From positions 1-36,966 of IMG/VR virus record IMGVR_UViG_3300037586_003684: DNA of 36,966 nt. One strand, given 5' to 3'. Shown one piece after another: positions 34,268 through 36,966 of this stretch. The notes beneath the pieces are model-generated. The model did no database searches, was not told the DNA's origin, and saw only the letters and a list, made by a program, of their open reading frames with translations. The position numbers and the translations under genes were made by a program. The DNA is from a virus. Lineage: Duplodnaviria; Caudoviricetes. Numbering within the stretch: position 1 is the stretch's first letter; each line of letters opens with the position of its first letter.

Positions 34268-34486
34268 ATGGCAGAGAAGTGGATCAAGGGCGCAATCAAG
34301 GAGCCGGGTGCTCTGCGTAAGTCCCTGGGCGTCAAGGAAGGCGAAACCATTCCCAAGGATCAGTTGGCCGAGAAGAAGGCTGAACTCGAGGAGAAGGCTG
34401 AGGGAGACAAGACACTGACTCCTACGCAGCGCAAGCTACTTCGACAGATCAACCTGGCGCAGACTCTGGCCGGAATGAAGAAATGA
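34268..34486 (+). CDS. Small basic conserved phage protein (72 aa)
   Basis: WIKGAIK.PGALRKSLGV..GE.IP...R...LA.TL..M pattern common near phage structural genes. Confidence 0.8.
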   Translation: MAEKWIKGAIKEPGALRKSLGVKEGETIPKDQLAEKKAELEEKAEGDKTLTPTQRKLLRQINLAQTLAGMKK

Positions 34487-34812
34487 CATCTCCAGCAGAC
34501 TTGTCGGCACAGCAGGTTCAGGAAGAGAACCAGGCACTGACGGATGAACAGCGCAACATGGTGAAGATGGCGCTGGCCGAGGAGGCGCAGCTCGCTGCAC
34601 AGGCGCAGCTGCCTCAAGTGTCCGCTACGGAAGAGACGTTGACAGGTGCGGGCAAGACGCTTTCGTCGGCGGCAAAGGGTGCGCAGATCGGTGCCGCGCT
34701 CGGTACAATCGTCCCTGGAGTGGGTAATGTCATCGGGGGTGCGATTGGGGCCGGTGCGGGTCTCATTGGTGGAGCGGCTGTTCGGGCCGCGCAGAAGAAA
34801 CGCGGGTATTAA
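34483..34812 (+). CDS. Glycine-zipper protein (109 aa), possible ejection/pilot protein
   Basis: GA.IGAALG.IVPGVG..IGGAIGAGAGLIGG. Confidence 0.65.
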   Translation: MTSPADLSAQQVQEENQALTDEQRNMVKMALAEEAQLAAQAQLPQVSATEETLTGAGKTLSSAAKGAQIGAALGTIVPGVGNVIGGAIGAGAGLIGGAAVRAAQKKRGY

Positions 34813-34997
34813 TTCCCAGAGGGTCAAAAAATAGACGCTCACCCTTGCGCCGATAAATCCGCCGTGTAAAGATAAATACGCACCCAATGGCGCGGGTAGC
34901 TCGAGAGAGTCCGTTGATAGACGCCACGGGCAGGCAACCACGCATTTCCTGACCCTTTCTCAGGCTGAGCACTTCTTGGTGCTCGCCCGGAGTAATA

Positions 34998-36047
34998 ATG
35001 TCTATCACGACTGAAGTTCTCAACACTACGTTTGCGGACCTGAGGGGGCCCCTGGTCAACTCGTTCGTTCGCAGCAATGAGCTCTTCGACGCATTGATGT
35101 CCAAGGCCCGTATGCCCATGGAAGGCGGCTCATATATCGAGCGGACTTTCTCGGGTGGTGCTCCTGCACGCGGTGTCGGCATCTACGTCGGCGACGAACT
35201 CCTCAACATGACGCGACGTCAGCAGATCAAGAAGTATCAGGTCGAGCCACATCGCCTGGTGGTTGCTGTCAACATCCCCAAGAAGGAGTTGATGTTCAAC
35301 AGCGGCAAGCTGGCTATCGTGCGCCTCATCGAGGAGTACCCAAAGACTACAATGGACGCCGCTCAGGCCGACATCAACGCCTACATCCTGACAGGTTCCA
35401 GTCGCGGTCTGGTCTTCCAGACTGCCGAGCTCCGAGGCCTCCTGACCCTCAACGGTCAGATTTCCTCGGGTATCGGTACTGGGGTCACCAACGGACTTCT
35501 GGACTTCTCGACTCCAGCTACGCAGACGGACACCGTCCAGAACGTGGCCAAGTCCAGCAGCTACTTCCACTTCAACAACTACGGTGCGATCACGGCCTTT
35601 GCCACTGACGGCATGGCTACGCTCCGGAAGACGTACCGCAAGTGCGCGCACTACGCGGGTGGAATCGGCAAGGGTCCTGACCTGTGCATCATGGATGACG
35701 ACACCTACACCAACTTCGAGGAGAGCCGTCTCAACCTCGTGCGGGTCAAGGTCGTCGAGGACAAGACCGAGAAGTCCAACATGCTTGGTCTCGATCTCGG
35801 TGTCGCCAAGGTGTACAGTTCCATCGACCTCGACCGGAGTCTGTTCACGACTCCTGCCGACGTGGGTGTGACCTACATCCTGAACACCGACTTCATCGAG
35901 TTCCCGCTCCACGAGGCTCCCCAGATTGGAGAGTTCAAGGAGAGGGTCGGAGATCAGGACGTTGTGACCTCGATCTTTTCGATGCAGGGTAACCTTATCA
36001 GCACGAAGCTTCCTGCCCAGGGAGTGGTTGCTGGTGGCTCGGCTTAG
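34998..36047 (+). CDS. Major capsid protein (HK97 fold)
   Basis: 349 aa; GG..I, GL.GL-like GLLTL, PDL.IM....Y..F, TYILN, QGNL pattern; followed by decoration-like and adaptor-like genes. Confidence 0.82.
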   Translation: MSITTEVLNTTFADLRGPLVNSFVRSNELFDALMSKARMPMEGGSYIERTFSGGAPARGVGIYVGDELLNMTRRQQIKKYQVEPHRLVVAVNIPKKELMFNSGKLAIVRLIEEYPKTTMDAAQADINAYILTGSSRGLVFQTAELRGLLTLNGQISSGIGTGVTNGLLDFSTPATQTDTVQNVAKSSSYFHFNNYGAITAFATDGMATLRKTYRKCAHYAGGIGKGPDLCIMDDDTYTNFEESRLNLVRVKVVEDKTEKSNMLGLDLGVAKVYSSIDLDRSLFTTPADVGVTYILNTDFIEFPLHEAPQIGEFKERVGDQDVVTSIFSMQGNLISTKLPAQGVVAGGSA

Positions 36048-36056
36048 GAGGCCCTC

Positions 36057-36575
36057 ATGTCATACGGAAACCAGTTCAAGTCTGAACCACTCACTACGAC
36101 CTACACCACTGAGCAGTATCCTCTGGGTACGATCTTCGTTCAGCAGGCGGATGAAGTTGCTGCGGCGACTCACACTGACGGCACAACCTCGTTGGGCCTG
36201 AAGGGTGATCGCACGTGGATGTTCGTGCAGGCGGGTGTGGCCGTCAATATCTACGACGCCTGCGTCATCAACGCAATCGCAACGCCGCTCGTTGTGAAGC
36301 CTACGGATGCCGATGGCTCTGCCAACTATCTCTTCGTTGGCGTTGCGCAGGGTGCAATCGCGATCAACAGCTACGGGTGGATCGTCGTCCGAGGTGAGTG
36401 TGTTGTCAACGGAAATGCTAGCATCAATGCCGGGCAGCTGCTCGATACACATGGTGGATCAGCGGCTGGTCTGCTCGATGATGACACTACTGTGGCCCAG
36501 CTCGTCGGGCGCGCTCTCACGGCTACGGGTACTCCGGTTGCCGCGACTGTGGCTGCTCGGGTTCCCCTGCTGTAG
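36057..36575 (+). CDS. Capsid decoration/cement-like protein (172 aa)
   Basis: YPLGT, W.FVQA, VGVAQ.AI....YGWI...G; directly after the MCP; AGGAGG RBS. Confidence 0.65.
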   Translation: MSYGNQFKSEPLTTTYTTEQYPLGTIFVQQADEVAAATHTDGTTSLGLKGDRTWMFVQAGVAVNIYDACVINAIATPLVVKPTDADGSANYLFVGVAQGAIAINSYGWIVVRGECVVNGNASINAGQLLDTHGGSAAGLLDDDTTVAQLVGRALTATGTPVAATVAARVPLL

Positions 36576-36602
36576 ATAGCCTCGAAGCTACCTGCGTGCT
36601 AC

Positions 36603-36640
36603 ACTGGGCACCTGAGGGGGCAACCTTTCAGGTGCCCAGT
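36603..36640 (+). terminator. 17-bp hairpin with GCAA tetraloop after the capsid genes
   Basis: ACTGGGCACCTGAGGGG-GCAA-CCTTTCAGGTGCCCAGT (2 G-U), weak U tract. Confidence 0.7.
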
Positions 36641-36658
36641 CTCGTCTTGGAGGCGTGA

Positions 36659-36966
36659 ATGGATGTATCTCTCGGCGCGCTAAGAGACCGCCTCTTCAGT
36701 TTTCGTTCCTGGGACAGCTCTGGTTCGACGCTGAACAAGCGAGTTCGTGAGGCGTTGAACACTGCCCTGGACCGGTTGGCTGGTGATGTGCCAGAGGCCC
36801 TGGTCCCTGACGAGGAACACGTTGTTCTCTACGCGGATGCGCTGGGCACGGACACCGATATTGATGCGCGGCTGAACTCTACAGCTGACGCTCGCGTGCT
36901 CAAGTTCTCTGACTCGTCGTCTGCGGCTACCGCTATCTCGTCTTCATGGACACCCTCGGTCGATGG
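36659..36966 (+). CDS. Probable head-tail adaptor/structural protein (3'-truncated)
   Basis: GGAGG RBS; MDVSLGALRDRL...ALNTALDRLA helical start; open to the window end. Confidence 0.55.
   Translation, partial: MDVSLGALRDRLFSFRSWDSSGSTLNKRVREALNTALDRLAGDVPEALVPDEEHVVLYADALGTDTDIDARLNSTADARVLKFSDSSSAATAISSSWTPSVD

Noticed and set aside
1-36966. Integrase, CI repressor, tRNA genes, reverse transcriptase/DGR, intron or intein, stop-codon recoding
   Set aside because: No supporting motifs seen; core genes are intact and of normal length under the standard code. They could lie outside this window.

Overview
A ~37 kb, GC-rich segment of a tailed dsDNA phage genome. I saw no integrase, CI-type repressor, tRNA or CRISPR. 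Left to right it contains: (1) a rightward replication module (partial AAA_24/Sak4-like ATPase, DUF669-like SSB, uracil-DNA-glycosylase/family-A DNA polymerase fusion, Rad50/SbcC-like ATPase, NrdR-type Zn ribbon, DUF927/Cch-like helicase); (2) a leftward run of small genes; (3) an iteron-like putative origin; (4) an isolated terminase small subunit; (5) a compositionally distinct, GATC-poor block of small leftward 'early' genes with sigma70-type promoters; (6) a C5 DNA methyltransferase; (7) a leftward terL-portal-(effector/polyvalent proteins)-scaffold operon; (8) a divergent major capsid operon. The standout feature is an ~88-nt small RNA gene at 14187-14275 (minus strand) with a TTGACA-17-TAGATT promoter and an intrinsic terminator. 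Its two loops and linker are complementary to the translation-initiation regions of about 11 phage genes: ssb, DNA polymerase, the Rad50-like ATPase, the helicase, and the first gene behind each leftward early promoter. This suggests an RNA master regulator of the early/replication programme. All family calls are by motif recognition only; no searches were run.
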